In this document: positions 10,014-20,571 of the stretch, piece after piece | How positions within the stretch are numbered: the stretch's first letter is position 1 | Layout of the letters: each line of letters begins with the position of its first letter | Origin: Leptonemataceae bacterium | Lineage (GTDB): Bacteria > Spirochaetota > Leptospiria > Leptospirales > Leptonemataceae | Assembly (NCBI GenBank): GCA_965227295.1 | Contig: OZ245742.1 | Coordinates: forward strand, 2,144,001-2,208,000 | Length of the DNA: 64,000 nucleotides | Direction: 5' to 3' | Notes under the pieces: generated by a model | Database searches by the model: none | The model's input: only the letters and a program-made list of their open reading frames with translations | What the model was told of the DNA's origin: nothing | Program-made: the position numbers and the translations under genes

Positions 10014-10856
10014 TCAATTTGGTCCCGGCAAAATCTCCACCATCCTTGATTGCATGCCGGCGGAAGGATCCCACTGGCGCGGGTAGCCCACGGAGCATTC
10101 GACGAAGCGTACACCGTCGATGCGCCGATCCCGGCGGATGTGGATGTGACCGAAGGCCACGGTGTGCACGGGAAAGCGCCGGTGCCAGTCTTCGGTGGCG
10201 CGACTGCCGCACCAGAGGATGAACGGCGGGATGGCCGGCAGCCCGGCGATCTCTTCGCGCAGGGGATAGTGATTGATCAGAACGAAGGGCCCCGTATCGC
10301 CGGAGCGCATTTGCTCTTCCAGGCGCTGCTCGCTGTAGCGAATGCGCTCCCGGCACCAGGCCGCACGGTCCGGGTACGGATCGCTGTGCAGCAGGTCTTC
10401 GTCGGCGCAGACGATGCCCCGTTGCCGGGAGTAATCGACGGCTTCGTCGGCGGGAAGGTCGCGGGGCACGGCGTCTCCGCGAAAGCTGTAATCGTACAAA
10501 GTGAACTGCGGGACGATGGTGCACGCCGGGCCGGGGCCCGGCCATTTGACGTACTCGTCCTCGGGGCTCGACACGCCGTAGCGCCGGCAGAGTTCGACAA
10601 GCCGGCGATACTTCGCTTCGCCCCGGGGAGCGGACGGGGACTCGCTGAGCGTCCAGAGTTCATGATTGCCGGGAACCCAGAAGACCCGGGCAAAACGCTG
10701 CGTGGTGATGTGCAGGCAGGCTTCGAGTTCCTCCTCGGTCTCGCAGACGTCGCCGCCGAGGATGAGCCAGTCGTGAGGATGATGGGGGACGGCCTGGAGG
10801 GCCTGGAGGTTGGTTTCGTGACCGATGTGCAGATCGCTGAGCGCGTAGAGTTTCAT
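10014..10856 (-). CDS. Calcineurin-like metallophosphoesterase, Rv2795c/PptH-like
   Basis: SDLH, GDV, WVPGNHELW, LYDYSF, NHYP, WCG, GHIH, SVGYPRQW. Confidence 0.88.
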   Translation of the reverse strand: MKLYALSDLHIGHETNLQALQAVPHHPHDWLILGGDVCETEEELEACLHITTQRFARVFWVPGNHELWTLSESPSAPRGEAKYRRLVELCRRYGVSSPEDEYVKWPGPGPACTIVPQFTLYDYSFRGDAVPRDLPADEAVDYSRQRGIVCADEDLLHSDPYPDRAAWCRERIRYSEQRLEEQMRSGDTGPFVLINHYPLREEIAGLPAIPPFILWCGSRATEDWHRRFPVHTVAFGHIHIRRDRRIDGVRFVECSVGYPRQWDPSAGMQSRMVEILPGPN

Positions 10857-10965
10857 GCGGACGCCGGGCCAGGCCCGTACGTCTTTTTGTACTCCGGAAG
10901 CGCGGCGCTTTCAATCAAAATACGCACGCTCTGAAGGCCGGGCGCCCGGCGGAAATCGGAAAAAA

Positions 10966-11178
10966 TCAGTCTTTGCCGAGGACGTCGGCGAACTTCTTGA
11001 GGTAGTCTTTGACCAGGCCGATGACTTCTTCTTTTTTGTCCGGCTGGCAGAGGACACCGCCCGAAATCAGGGCCTGGGAACCGTCCTTGTCCCGAAGGTG
11101 AAAGCGTAACTCGCCCCCTTCGGTCTTCGCCTCGATTTGAAATGATCCGGCACTTTCCGTGAATCCTGCGTCTGTCAT
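10966..11178 (-). CDS. Small hypothetical protein (70 aa)
   Basis: GCAGGT RBS-like sequence before ATG; coding-like codons; followed by a GC hairpin near 10937-10950. Confidence 0.65.
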   Translation of the reverse strand: MTDAGFTESAGSFQIEAKTEGGELRFHLRDKDGSQALISGGVLCQPDKKEEVIGLVKDYLKKFADVLGKD

Positions 11179-11387
11179 ACCTGCTTCCTGGTAATTAGAC
11201 GATCCGGTATCTTTCTTCGCGTGCAGGATATATTACTTTTTTTAGAATCCTGTAAAATTTTGCAAGGTGTCCCTCGTACGAAACTAAGCATTTAGTACTA
11301 TTTTTACAATGTGACATAATTCCGAAACCGGACGCTAAAGGACGCCGCAGGAAATCCGACATGGATAGGGTGAAGGCACGGAAGAAT

Positions 11388-12875
11388 ATGACTTCGAAGA
11401 TTTCTCTGATCGGTAGATTCGGGAGCGGTATTGTCGCGGGCGCCCTGGCCCTGGGTTCCCTGGTCGCGGCCCCGAGCACCGGCAACATCGAAAACGTCGG
11501 CGAGCCCATCAACTCGCCCCTGGACGAATTCGCCCCGTCGCTCACGGCGGACGGCAAGACGATGGTCTTCAACTCCAAGAAACTCGGCGAGCGCTACCAG
11601 GACCTGTTCATCTCGCACTTCAAAGACGGCAAGTGGACGACTCCCGAACCGCTGGCGCGACTCAACTCGCTCTACAACGACGAGGCCCCGTACATTACGC
11701 CGGACGGCAAGGTCCTCTTCTTCGCCTCGGATCGGGACGGCTCAAAGGAAATGCCGAAGGATGAATCCGGACGCATCAAGGTCTCTTTCGATATCTACTG
11801 GTCGCGTCTCGAAAACGGACAGTGGTCGCTGCCCCTGCCGGTACCGGGCGAGGTCAACACCGAACACCACGAGCGTTCGCCGTCCCTGGATCTCAAGACG
11901 GGCTTTTTGTTTTTCGCGCGCTGGCCCTTTGGTGACTTCGATCGTTCGCAGATCATGGCCGCAAAGTACACGAACGGCCGGTTCGTCGGCACCGCGGTCC
12001 TGCCGGAATCCATCAACGCCGGCTACCAGGAAGCCGGCTTCACCCCGGCCCTCGAACGTGACGGCTTTTATTTTTCTTCGCGGCGTCCCGGTGGTGTCGG
12101 CGGTTGGGACGTCTACTTCGTGCCGCTCACGAAAGAAGGCGGCTTCGGTGAGATCGAACACCTGGGGCCCGAGGTCAACTCCGAGGCCGACGATATCTAC
12201 TATTCCGTGCGCGACAACCGCGGTTTCTTGAGTTCGAATCGCGAGGGCGGCCTCGGTCGTTACGACATCTACGGCGTGCCGGGCAGGGCCGAACTGGTCT
12301 TTGTCGTAAAAGACAAAAAGACCGGCAAGGCCGTCGCCGCCGCGGCCGAGGTGGAGCGGGGCGGGGAGAAGAAGAACCGCCAGGCCGCCGCGGATGGTCG
12401 TTTTACGGAGCAGGCCGGAGCGGAACGCGTTGCCGTGCGCATTCGCCACAAGGGTTACCTTCCGTTCAGTGAAACTTACGCGGGCAAGTCCGGCGAGCAC
12501 GTCATTCAACTGGTGCCCATCGAGAAGGACGCGTCGTTCGACGTGCACGCCATCTACTTCGATGCCAACGAGGCGCAGTTGAAGCCCGAATCGTATCCCG
12601 TGCTCGACGAACTGGCGAGTTTTCTCGCGGACAACGCGAAGTTGAAACTGGAAATCATCGGACACACCGACCTGCACGGTGATTTCGAGTACAACATGGA
12701 TCTTTCCCGCAAGCGTGCGGACGCCGTGCGCGAGTATCTCACGGGGCGGGGCGTCGCCGGCAATCGCCTGACGACGAAGGGTGCCGGTTATACGCGGCCG
12801 GTGATCCGGCAAAAAGGCGGCGACGCGGACGCTAAGAACCGGCGGACGGAATTTAAGATCATCGGATTGGAATAG
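11388..12875 (+). CDS. OmpA-family protein with PD40 (TolB-like) repeats
   Basis: Signal peptide, repeated 'N...E.AP.LT.DGK..FF.S.R', C-terminal IIGHTD...N..LS..RA..V...NRR OmpA motif; start could be 11361. Confidence 0.92.
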   Translation: MTSKISLIGRFGSGIVAGALALGSLVAAPSTGNIENVGEPINSPLDEFAPSLTADGKTMVFNSKKLGERYQDLFISHFKDGKWTTPEPLARLNSLYNDEAPYITPDGKVLFFASDRDGSKEMPKDESGRIKVSFDIYWSRLENGQWSLPLPVPGEVNTEHHERSPSLDLKTGFLFFARWPFGDFDRSQIMAAKYTNGRFVGTAVLPESINAGYQEAGFTPALERDGFYFSSRRPGGVGGWDVYFVPLTKEGGFGEIEHLGPEVNSEADDIYYSVRDNRGFLSSNREGGLGRYDIYGVPGRAELVFVVKDKKTGKAVAAAAEVERGGEKKNRQAAADGRFTEQAGAERVAVRIRHKGYLPFSETYAGKSGEHVIQLVPIEKDASFDVHAIYFDANEAQLKPESYPVLDELASFLADNAKLKLEIIGHTDLHGDFEYNMDLSRKRADAVREYLTGRGVAGNRLTTKGAGYTRPVIRQKGGDADAKNRRTEFKIIGLE

Positions 12876-12930
12876 GGCGCGATCAGTTTGAGGTGGACGA
12901 CGCGCGCGCTGCGGCGAAAGCTGCACGGGC

Positions 12931-14790
12931 ATGAAGTCCCTGCTTCAAATTTCGAAGCTCAAGAAAAGTTACGGCGAGCGTTTGCTCTTCGAGGACGCCA
13001 CCGCCGCCTTCGTGGAAAAACGCAAGGTCGGCGTGATCGGTCGGAACGGCGCCGGAAAGTCTACTTTATTTAAGATCATCCTGGGCCAGGAAGAGGCCGA
13101 CGACGGCGAAATCATCCGCAGTCGCGATCTGAAGCTCGGTTACGTCGAGCAGCACGCCCCGTACCGGCGCGGCGAAAGCGTGCAGGATTTTCTGCTGCGC
13201 TACACCGGCCGCGAAATCTGGGAGTGCGCTCGCATGGCGGCGCGCTTCGGGATTCGAGGTCCCATGCTGGAAGCGGCGGTGGACGAACTCGCCGGCGGCT
13301 ACCAGATGCGCGTGAAACTCACCGCCATGTTGCTGGGCGATCCGAACCTGCTGCTACTCGACGAACCCACGAACTACCTGGACCTCGGCACGCTCCTGAT
13401 GCTCGAACGTTTTTTGCGCGAGTACAACGGCGCCGTTTTAATCATCTCTCACGACCGCGAGTTTCTGAAACGGACCACCGAGCACACGCTGGAGGTGGCG
13501 GACGGTACCGTGTTCCTGTACCCCGGGGATCTGGAAGAGTACTTCGCCTTTCAGGAGGAGCGTCGCGAGCAGCAACTCAAGATGTACAAAAACGTCGAGG
13601 CGCGGCGCAAAGAATTGCAGAGCTTCGTCGATCGCTTTCGCGCGAAAAACACAAAGGCCACGCAGGCGAAGTCCAAACAAAAACAAATCGACAAACTGCC
13701 GACCATCGAGATCGAGCACGCCGTGCGCGGGGTGGAGATTCGCATTCCGCCGGTTCCGGAGCACCAGGCGCGCTCGAAGTCTGCGGTGCTGCGCGTTGAG
13801 GATCTTTCGATCGGTTACGGGGCCGACGGTGAAGCCGGCGCTAAGTTTGTCGCAAAGAACATTAGCTTCAACATCGGCGGCGGTACGCGTCTGGCCGTGC
13901 TCGGGGACAACGGCCAGGGTAAGTCCACATTGTTGAAGACCCTGGCCGGGGTGCTGGAGCCGCTCGCGGGCGGCTTTCGTTGGAAGGACGGCCTGAACGT
14001 TGCGTACTATGCGCAGCACGTCTACAATCTGGACGAGTCCGTGGACATTCTTACCACGCTGGATCGCATGGCCGCGCCGGGCGTCATGCGTCAGGAAATC
14101 CTGGACATGGCCGGAGGTTTTTTGTTCTCCGGAGACGACGTGCGCAAGTCCGTGGCGGCATTGTCCGGCGGCGAACGGGCGCGCGTGGCTCTCGCGGGTT
14201 TGCTGCTCGGCGGCTGCGACGTGTTGTTGCTCGATGAACCCACGAACCACCTGGACTTCGAATCGGTGGAGGCCCTGGGGCACGCGTTGCGCGGTTGGAA
14301 CGGCACCACGTTGTTCGTGAGCCACGATCGCACATTTGTTAAACTTGCGGCCACCGAAATCTTAGAAATGAAGGACGGCGCCGCGGAGTTCTATCCCGGC
14401 AGCTACGATGAATACGTTTACAGCCTGGAGCAGCGCCTGGACGAGGATCGGTTCGATGAGGCGGTCCCGGAAAAAGGCGGGCCGGCCCCGGTCGACAAAA
14501 CGACGGGGGCGGACGACGAGGCCGGAGAGAATGTGTACCTGCGGCGCAAAGAATACCAGGCGGAACTGAAAGTGCTGCGCAAGGAACTGCGGGAACTGGA
14601 GCCGCGGCTGGCGAAGCTGGAGCAGGAACGCGACGAACTGGTGGAGTTCTTTTCCGGCGGCGAGTACGACGCGGATCGCGATGCGCGGCTCAAAGAAGTG
14701 CAACGTTTGCTGGAAGACATCGAAACGAAGTGGCTCGGCGCACAGGAACGCGCCGAGCATCTCGAACAGCTCATTGCCGTGAAGAACTGA
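12931..14790 (+). CDS. ABC-F family ATPase
   Basis: Two Walker A (GRNGAGKST, GDNGQGKST), two LLDEPTN, ISHDR/VSHDR, no TM segments, C-terminal coiled coil. Confidence 0.95.
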   Translation: MKSLLQISKLKKSYGERLLFEDATAAFVEKRKVGVIGRNGAGKSTLFKIILGQEEADDGEIIRSRDLKLGYVEQHAPYRRGESVQDFLLRYTGREIWECARMAARFGIRGPMLEAAVDELAGGYQMRVKLTAMLLGDPNLLLLDEPTNYLDLGTLLMLERFLREYNGAVLIISHDREFLKRTTEHTLEVADGTVFLYPGDLEEYFAFQEERREQQLKMYKNVEARRKELQSFVDRFRAKNTKATQAKSKQKQIDKLPTIEIEHAVRGVEIRIPPVPEHQARSKSAVLRVEDLSIGYGADGEAGAKFVAKNISFNIGGGTRLAVLGDNGQGKSTLLKTLAGVLEPLAGGFRWKDGLNVAYYAQHVYNLDESVDILTTLDRMAAPGVMRQEILDMAGGFLFSGDDVRKSVAALSGGERARVALAGLLLGGCDVLLLDEPTNHLDFESVEALGHALRGWNGTTLFVSHDRTFVKLAATEILEMKDGAAEFYPGSYDEYVYSLEQRLDEDRFDEAVPEKGGPAPVDKTTGADDEAGENVYLRRKEYQAELKVLRKELRELEPRLAKLEQERDELVEFFSGGEYDADRDARLKEVQRLLEDIETKWLGAQERAEHLEQLIAVKN

Positions 14791-14792
14791 TC

Positions 14793-15572
14793 TTACTTCC
14801 AGGCAACAAAACGCAAGCGTACGTAATCCGCGTGCCACTCGCCGTCGTAGAACAGTTGTGGCCGCGCGATCTCCTGCGCCGTCCGCCACATTGCGTCTCG
14901 CTCTGCGCCGGTAACGTCCGCTGCGATGGACGAGCCGAATGTTTCGAGCCAGCCTGCAATGCCCTCGGGCAACACCGGGCGGCGTTTGAGTTCATGGACC
15001 TGAATGTCGCGAAAGCCTGTGGCGTTCAGCATCGCCGCGAACTCCGCCCGTTCGGGAAAGTGCCAGGGAAATTCCGGCGCAGGATGGCCGGCACGATGAC
15101 AGGCCGTCGTGACCGCATCGCGAATGATGCGTACATTCGCCCCGCCGCCGAACTCGCCGACGAACAAACCGCCGTTTCTTAAGGCTCGGTGAGCGCCGGT
15201 TAAGACGGCAGCTTTGTTCCGGATCCAGTGGAGCGTGGCGTTCGTAAAGACGACGTCGAAGGCGTTCACGAAAGACGCCTCGTCTTTCAGGGCGTCGGCG
15301 TCCAGGACGCGCGCGGTCAAGCGTGATGTGCGGCGTGCCTGCGCCGCCGCGATCATCTCCGGGCTGCTGTCGATGCCCGTGACGACGGCGCCCCGTTCGG
15401 CCAGGCGCTCGCTCAATACGCCGTCGCCGCAGCCGAGGTCCAGGACGGTGCGGTCGCGCAGTTCGGTGTGCTGTTCCAGAAATTCCAGGACGTCCGCGCC
15501 GAGGTGATCGGCCACAAAGCCGGCGGCGCTGCGATATTTCGCGGGATCCCAGCAGGTGTTCGGTGTGTGCAT
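14793..15572 (-). CDS. Class I SAM-dependent methyltransferase (Tam-like)
   Basis: VLDLGCGDG, FDVVFTNATLHW, EFGGGAN, ADYVRLRF. Confidence 0.9.
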   Translation of the reverse strand: MHTPNTCWDPAKYRSAAGFVADHLGADVLEFLEQHTELRDRTVLDLGCGDGVLSERLAERGAVVTGIDSSPEMIAAAQARRTSRLTARVLDADALKDEASFVNAFDVVFTNATLHWIRNKAAVLTGAHRALRNGGLFVGEFGGGANVRIIRDAVTTACHRAGHPAPEFPWHFPERAEFAAMLNATGFRDIQVHELKRRPVLPEGIAGWLETFGSSIAADVTGAERDAMWRTAQEIARPQLFYDGEWHADYVRLRFVAWK

Positions 15573-15714
15573 GCGGGGATAATAACATGCGAATCGATAT
15601 TTGAGAAATAGATAGTCGCTATGATTGCTATGCCTGTTTGTTATAGGTGGCTTTCCGCGGAATGATGCCGCAAATCCCACTTGCTTCGCCAACCCCGCGC
15701 GGTAATCCTGCATT

Positions 15715-16836
15715 ATGTCCACTCGCCGGGTCTGGAAGATTCATCGTGCCGGGAGCATTGACCGGCTCCGTTTCGTGGAGCATGCCGCCGTTCCGGCGCA
15801 ACTCGCTCCGGGGCACGCCCGCATCGCCGTGAAGGCTGTGGGCCTGAACTTCGCCGACGTCTTTGCCTGCCAGGGCCTCTACTCGGCCACACCGAAGGGC
15901 GAGTTCACGCCGGGTCTCGAGTTCGCCGGCGTGGTGGAAGCGGTGGCCCCCCCATCGCCGGAAGAGAAGCGCGCGGCCCGCAAGAAAAAAGCGAGCGGCA
16001 AAAAGACGAACGCTCGCGACTCGCTGCGACCCGGTGACGACGTCATGGGTGTCATTCGTTTCGGGGCGTACACCGATCGCCTCGACTTACCGGTGCACTT
16101 TCTGCGCAAACTTCCAAAGAAATGGAGTTACGCCGAGGGCGCCGCATTTCTCGCCCAGGGTTTTACGGCCTACTACGCGTTGCATGAGCTCGGCGCACTT
16201 AAGGCCGACGACCTGGTGCTCGTGCATTCGGCGGCGGGCGGTGTCGGCCTCATCGCCCTGGATATGATCGCGCAGGCCGGGGCCCGGGCCGTGGCAACGA
16301 TCGGCAGCGAGTCCAAGATTGCCGTGTTGCAGGAACGCTGCGGCCTGGACCGCGCGAACATCATCGTGCGCGACGGCAAACCCGACGCGAAACGTTTTGC
16401 CGCGCAGCTGGATGCGGTGTTGCAGCACAACCATCGAGAAGGCTTCGCACTCATCCTGGATTCACTGCTGGGCCCGTACTTCCAGCCCGCTTTCGATCGA
16501 CTGTCGCCCATGGGTCGCAGCATCGTCTTCGGTTCGGCGTCCATGATGACCCACGGCAATCGTCCGCACTATCTCAAACTTGCCTGGCGTTATCTGCGTC
16601 GGCCGCGCCTGGACCCGCTGGCCATGATCTCCGCGAATAAAAGCGTGATGGCGTTTAATTTGATCTGGCTGATGCAGCACATCCAAAAGTTTGCGGAATT
16701 GTACGACGCCATGCTCTCCACGAAACCCCGGGCGCCCCTCATCGGTCATCGCTTTCCTTTGGAGAAGGCCGTGGACGCGCTGAAGTTTTTTCAAAGCGGA
16801 CGTTCCGTCGGCAAAGTTGTGCTGGAGTGCGATTGA
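15715..16836 (+). CDS. MDR-family NADPH:quinone oxidoreductase-like protein (VAT-1-like)
   Basis: GLNFAD, PGLEFAG, VHSAAGGVG, C-terminal GKVVL. Confidence 0.9.
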   Translation: MSTRRVWKIHRAGSIDRLRFVEHAAVPAQLAPGHARIAVKAVGLNFADVFACQGLYSATPKGEFTPGLEFAGVVEAVAPPSPEEKRAARKKKASGKKTNARDSLRPGDDVMGVIRFGAYTDRLDLPVHFLRKLPKKWSYAEGAAFLAQGFTAYYALHELGALKADDLVLVHSAAGGVGLIALDMIAQAGARAVATIGSESKIAVLQERCGLDRANIIVRDGKPDAKRFAAQLDAVLQHNHREGFALILDSLLGPYFQPAFDRLSPMGRSIVFGSASMMTHGNRPHYLKLAWRYLRRPRLDPLAMISANKSVMAFNLIWLMQHIQKFAELYDAMLSTKPRAPLIGHRFPLEKAVDALKFFQSGRSVGKVVLECD

Positions 16837-16839
16837 ACC

Positions 16840-18906
16840 GTGCAGCGGCCCGTCACCGAACTCAAGGGCGTGGGCCCGGCGCGGGCTAAGGTTCTCGAAG
16901 CGGAGGCCGGCATTCGCACGGTGGGAGACCTGCTCTACTACTTTCCCCGTCGCCGGGTGGACCGGTCCATTACGACGAACTCCACCATGATGAACGTCGG
17001 CGATACGGTCACGATGATCGTTACCGTGGCGAGTACCTTCGTGGCCCACGGCCGGCGTTCGCGACTCATGGCGAAGTGCCGGACCCCCGGTGGTGAAGCG
17101 GTGACGTTGATCTGGTTTCGCGGCGTGCAGTACTTTCGGAACGTCATTCATCAGGACGAAACGTTGATCGTCTCGGGCAAGCTGGAGTTTTACAACGGCA
17201 TGCAGATCGCCCATCCGGACTTCGAGGTCCTGGATCCCGACGACGAAAACGAACTGCTGCATACCGGCCGCATCATCCCGCTCTACGCCTCGGGCGAGAC
17301 GTTGCGCAAGAACCACCTGGACAGCCGCGGCTTTCGGCGTTTGATCTCGGCGGCGTTGAACGACCTGCCCGACCTGGAAGTGCCGGAGATGGTTCCCGCG
17401 GAGTTGATGGTAAAACACAATCTCATGAACCGGCTGGCCGCCTTGCGGAACATCCATTATCCGGAGGACGAACAGGTACTACAGGAAGCCCGGCGCCGTC
17501 TGAAATACGAGGAACTGTATTTATTTAACATCTTAATGTATCATAAGTCGCTGTTACGCGAGGGATTCCCGCGACGCGTGACGCCGCTGCCCTTCGGCGA
17601 GGCCCCATCATACACGAAGTTACTCGAAGCCTTGCCGTTCGAATTTACCAACGACCAGCAGGTCGCCGTGCGCACCATCGTCACCGAGTGTCGCGGCGAA
17701 CACAGCGAAGCGTATCTGTTACAGGGAGACGTCGGTTCCGGGAAGACCGTGGCCGCCCTGGCCGTGGCGTTGCACTATGCCGATGCCGGCGTGCAGAGTG
17801 CAATCCTCGCGCCCACCGAAGTTCTGGCGCGGCAGCATTATCGCACGTTCACCGAACTGCTCGGCCTGGAAGGAGCGAATCGCGTGGAGCTGTTGCTCGG
17901 CGGCGGGCGCAAGAAAGACCGCGAGCTGCGCCTGGAGCGCATCGGCAACGGGGAGGCGGAACTGGTAATCGGCACGCATAGTTTATTAGAGGATAACGTC
18001 GTATTTCACAGGCTCGGCTTCGTGGTGATCGACGAGCAGCATCGCTTCGGTGTCGGCCAGCGCGGGACGATCCGCGCGAAGGGCATGAACCCCGACACGG
18101 TCGCCATGACCGCCACGCCGATTCCGCGCACCTTGTGTTTGAGTGAGTTCGCCGATCTAAAACTGGTGACGCTGCGCGAGAAGCCGGCCGGTCGCAAGCC
18201 CGTGCAGACCATGTGGTTGAAAGAGGATCGTCGCGCCGCCATGTACAAAAGCGTACGCAAGCACGTCGCCGCCGGCCGTCAGGCATACATCGTCTATCCC
18301 ATGATCGCCGAGTCGGAGAAGATCGACCTCAAGGCCGCCACGGACGGGTACGAGGAGTTATCGCAAACGATCTTCCCCGATTTTTCCGTGGCGTTACTGC
18401 ACGGTCGACTGAAGGCGCCGGAGAAAGACGCGGTGATGAACGACTTCCGCGCCGGTAAGGTTCAGATTCTCGTGAGCACGACGGTCATTGAAGTGGGCGT
18501 GGACGTGCCCAACGCCACGGTGATGATCATCGAGCATGCCGAACGTTTCGGAATCTCCCAATTGCACCAGCTCCGCGGACGCGTCGGCCGGGGGACGGAA
18601 GAATCCTTCTGCGTGCTTATGTCCGATGCCGATAACGACGAGGCCGTGGAGCGTCTTACTGCCGTCACCGAAAGTCAGGACGGTTTTCATCTGGCAGAGG
18701 TGGACATGAAGATTCGCGGGCCCGGGGAATTGCTGGGGCTGCGGCAACACGGCCTGCCGGGATTCCGCATCGCCGACCTGGTGTATGACAGGCAGTTGAC
18801 GGAGGCCGCGTATCAGGACGCGCGGGCGTATCCCGACGTCGGTGAGACGGGGCGGGAGTTCATTCGCAAGCAGTTCGAGCAGGGCGTGGTGATCTTTCCG
18901 AATTAA
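16840..18906 (+). CDS. recG: ATP-dependent DNA helicase RecG
   Basis: QGDVGSGKT, DEQHRFG, MTATPIPRT, QLHQLRGRVGRG, RGPGE. Confidence 0.97.
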   Translation: MQRPVTELKGVGPARAKVLEAEAGIRTVGDLLYYFPRRRVDRSITTNSTMMNVGDTVTMIVTVASTFVAHGRRSRLMAKCRTPGGEAVTLIWFRGVQYFRNVIHQDETLIVSGKLEFYNGMQIAHPDFEVLDPDDENELLHTGRIIPLYASGETLRKNHLDSRGFRRLISAALNDLPDLEVPEMVPAELMVKHNLMNRLAALRNIHYPEDEQVLQEARRRLKYEELYLFNILMYHKSLLREGFPRRVTPLPFGEAPSYTKLLEALPFEFTNDQQVAVRTIVTECRGEHSEAYLLQGDVGSGKTVAALAVALHYADAGVQSAILAPTEVLARQHYRTFTELLGLEGANRVELLLGGGRKKDRELRLERIGNGEAELVIGTHSLLEDNVVFHRLGFVVIDEQHRFGVGQRGTIRAKGMNPDTVAMTATPIPRTLCLSEFADLKLVTLREKPAGRKPVQTMWLKEDRRAAMYKSVRKHVAAGRQAYIVYPMIAESEKIDLKAATDGYEELSQTIFPDFSVALLHGRLKAPEKDAVMNDFRAGKVQILVSTTVIEVGVDVPNATVMIIEHAERFGISQLHQLRGRVGRGTEESFCVLMSDADNDEAVERLTAVTESQDGFHLAEVDMKIRGPGELLGLRQHGLPGFRIADLVYDRQLTEAAYQDARAYPDVGETGREFIRKQFEQGVVIFPN

Positions 18907-18964
18907 TAGTGGACGCTGCTCCGCTAATTCCGGTATACGTGTTGCGGACATTGTCGTGGCGCGC

Positions 18965-20140
18965 ATGCTTTCTAAGACCCTCAATCTGCTCTCGGAATTT
19001 TCCATCCCTCTGATCGCCGGCGTTGTTGTCGCCGTCATCTTCGCCAACGTAGACTACGAACTCTATCATCACCTCATGGACGAACCCATGTTCGGCGAGG
19101 GGGTGAAGATCTTCGGCCATACGGTGACGTTTCATTTCTTGATGAACGACATCTTCATGGTGTTCTTCTTCGGCATCGCCGCGGTGGAGATTACCCAGGC
19201 CGTGTTGCCCGGCGGTTCCTTGAATCCGGTCTCCCGGGCCATCAACCCGTTGCTGGGAACCCTCGGCGGCGTCTTCGGACCGGTGGGCGTGTACTTCCTG
19301 CTCTGCATCGCACTGGATGTTCCGGATATCGTCTACGGGGGCTGGGGCATTCCCACGGCCACGGACATTGCGCTGGCCTGGCTCGTGGCCCGGGTCGTCT
19401 TCGGGAACAAACATCCGGCCGTGTCGTTCTTGCTGCTGCTTGCCGTGGCGGACGACGCCCTTGGCCTCGGCATCATCGCCATCTTTTATCCGGACCCGCA
19501 CCATCCCGTGGAGCCGATCTATCTGCTGCTGGTCGCGGCGGGCATTGCCTCCGCCTATCTGCTGAGCCGCTTTCACGTTAAGAACTTCTGGCCCTATATT
19601 TTGATCGCCGGTACTTTATCCTGGTGCGGTTTGATCATGGCGCACCTGCATCCGGCCCTGGCACTGGTGGTGGTCGTGCCGTTTATGCCGGCGGGACACG
19701 GCGAGCACGCCCAGCTCTTTGCGGACGAGCACGAGCATACGACGCTCGCGAACTTCGAGCACTTCTTCAAGATCCCGGTGGACCTGGGGCTCTTCGGTTT
19801 CGGCCTGGCAAACGCCGGGGTGCAACTGTCGGGCATTTCCGATGTAACCTACGTGGTCCTCGGCGCTTTGATCATCGGCAAGACCGTGGGCATCACGGCG
19901 TTCAGCCTGGCGGGTCACGCGGTGGGCTTCAAACTACCGGAAGGACTTTCGAAGCGCTCACTGGTGATGGCCGGGCTCATTGCCGGCCTCGGACTGACGG
20001 TGGCGCTCTTCGTGGCGGCCCAGGCGTTTACGGATCCGCAGATCCAGGGGGCGGCCAAGATGGGCGCGCTGCTATCGGGCGGCGTGGCGTTCCTGGCGAT
20101 CATCCTGGGCCGACTGCTGCGCATTGAGCGTGTGGACTGA
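18965..20140 (+). CDS. nhaA: Na+/H+ antiporter NhaA
   Basis: MNDIFM, WGIPTATDIA, LAVADD, ANAGV, GK..GI, many TM helices. Confidence 0.92.
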   Translation: MLSKTLNLLSEFSIPLIAGVVVAVIFANVDYELYHHLMDEPMFGEGVKIFGHTVTFHFLMNDIFMVFFFGIAAVEITQAVLPGGSLNPVSRAINPLLGTLGGVFGPVGVYFLLCIALDVPDIVYGGWGIPTATDIALAWLVARVVFGNKHPAVSFLLLLAVADDALGLGIIAIFYPDPHHPVEPIYLLLVAAGIASAYLLSRFHVKNFWPYILIAGTLSWCGLIMAHLHPALALVVVVPFMPAGHGEHAQLFADEHEHTTLANFEHFFKIPVDLGLFGFGLANAGVQLSGISDVTYVVLGALIIGKTVGITAFSLAGHAVGFKLPEGLSKRSLVMAGLIAGLGLTVALFVAAQAFTDPQIQGAAKMGALLSGGVAFLAIILGRLLRIERVD

Positions 20141-20141
20141 C

Positions 20142-20324
20142 TCAGGCGCGCGGTTTGTCGACGATACCGTTGGCGCGGCGTTGCCGTTGCAGGGCTTCGA
20201 GATGATCACGGACCTCTTCGATCACTTGGTCTTTGACGTCGGCCACCATGCGATCGGCGAGGCTGTAGACCTGATGATCGCCGGGAGTATGCAGGCGCGG
20301 TTCGGACGGGTCGGGAGTCGGCAT
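20142..20324 (-). CDS. Possible small hypothetical protein (60 aa)
   Basis: Short ORF with coding-like codons, convergent on nhaA. Confidence 0.4.
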   Translation of the reverse strand: MPTPDPSEPRLHTPGDHQVYSLADRMVADVKDQVIEEVRDHLEALQRQRRANGIVDKPRA

Positions 20325-20397
20325 GGTTATAGTATCGGTTCATAGTTCCTCCGGCCACAGAGGCACGGAGGACACAGAGCAAGAAGTTATGGATTTG

Positions 20398-20505
20398 ATT
20401 CGCTCGCTCAAAGGCGTAGCGTTTGAGGAGGCCGTCAGGCCGACGTGCGCAGCACGCGAGCGAATGATAATGGCCGGCGCCAGCACAAAACAGGACGTTT
20501 TGTGC
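20398..20505. repeat. Multi-hairpin (cruciform) REP-like intergenic element
   Basis: ATTCGCTCGC (20398-407) pairs with GCGAGCGAAT (20456-465) and encloses three small hairpins; separate hairpin GCACAAAAC-AGGAC-GTTTTGTGC (20483-505). Confidence 0.6.
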
Positions 20506-20571
20506 GTATGAATTTATGAGGAGAATCGTGCATGGGCGAGGCCTGGAGGGCCGAGCACGTGCGCAACTGTT

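Noticed and set aside
20323..20511. 62-aa plus-strand ORF
   Set aside because: Runs through the palindromic element; no coding signal
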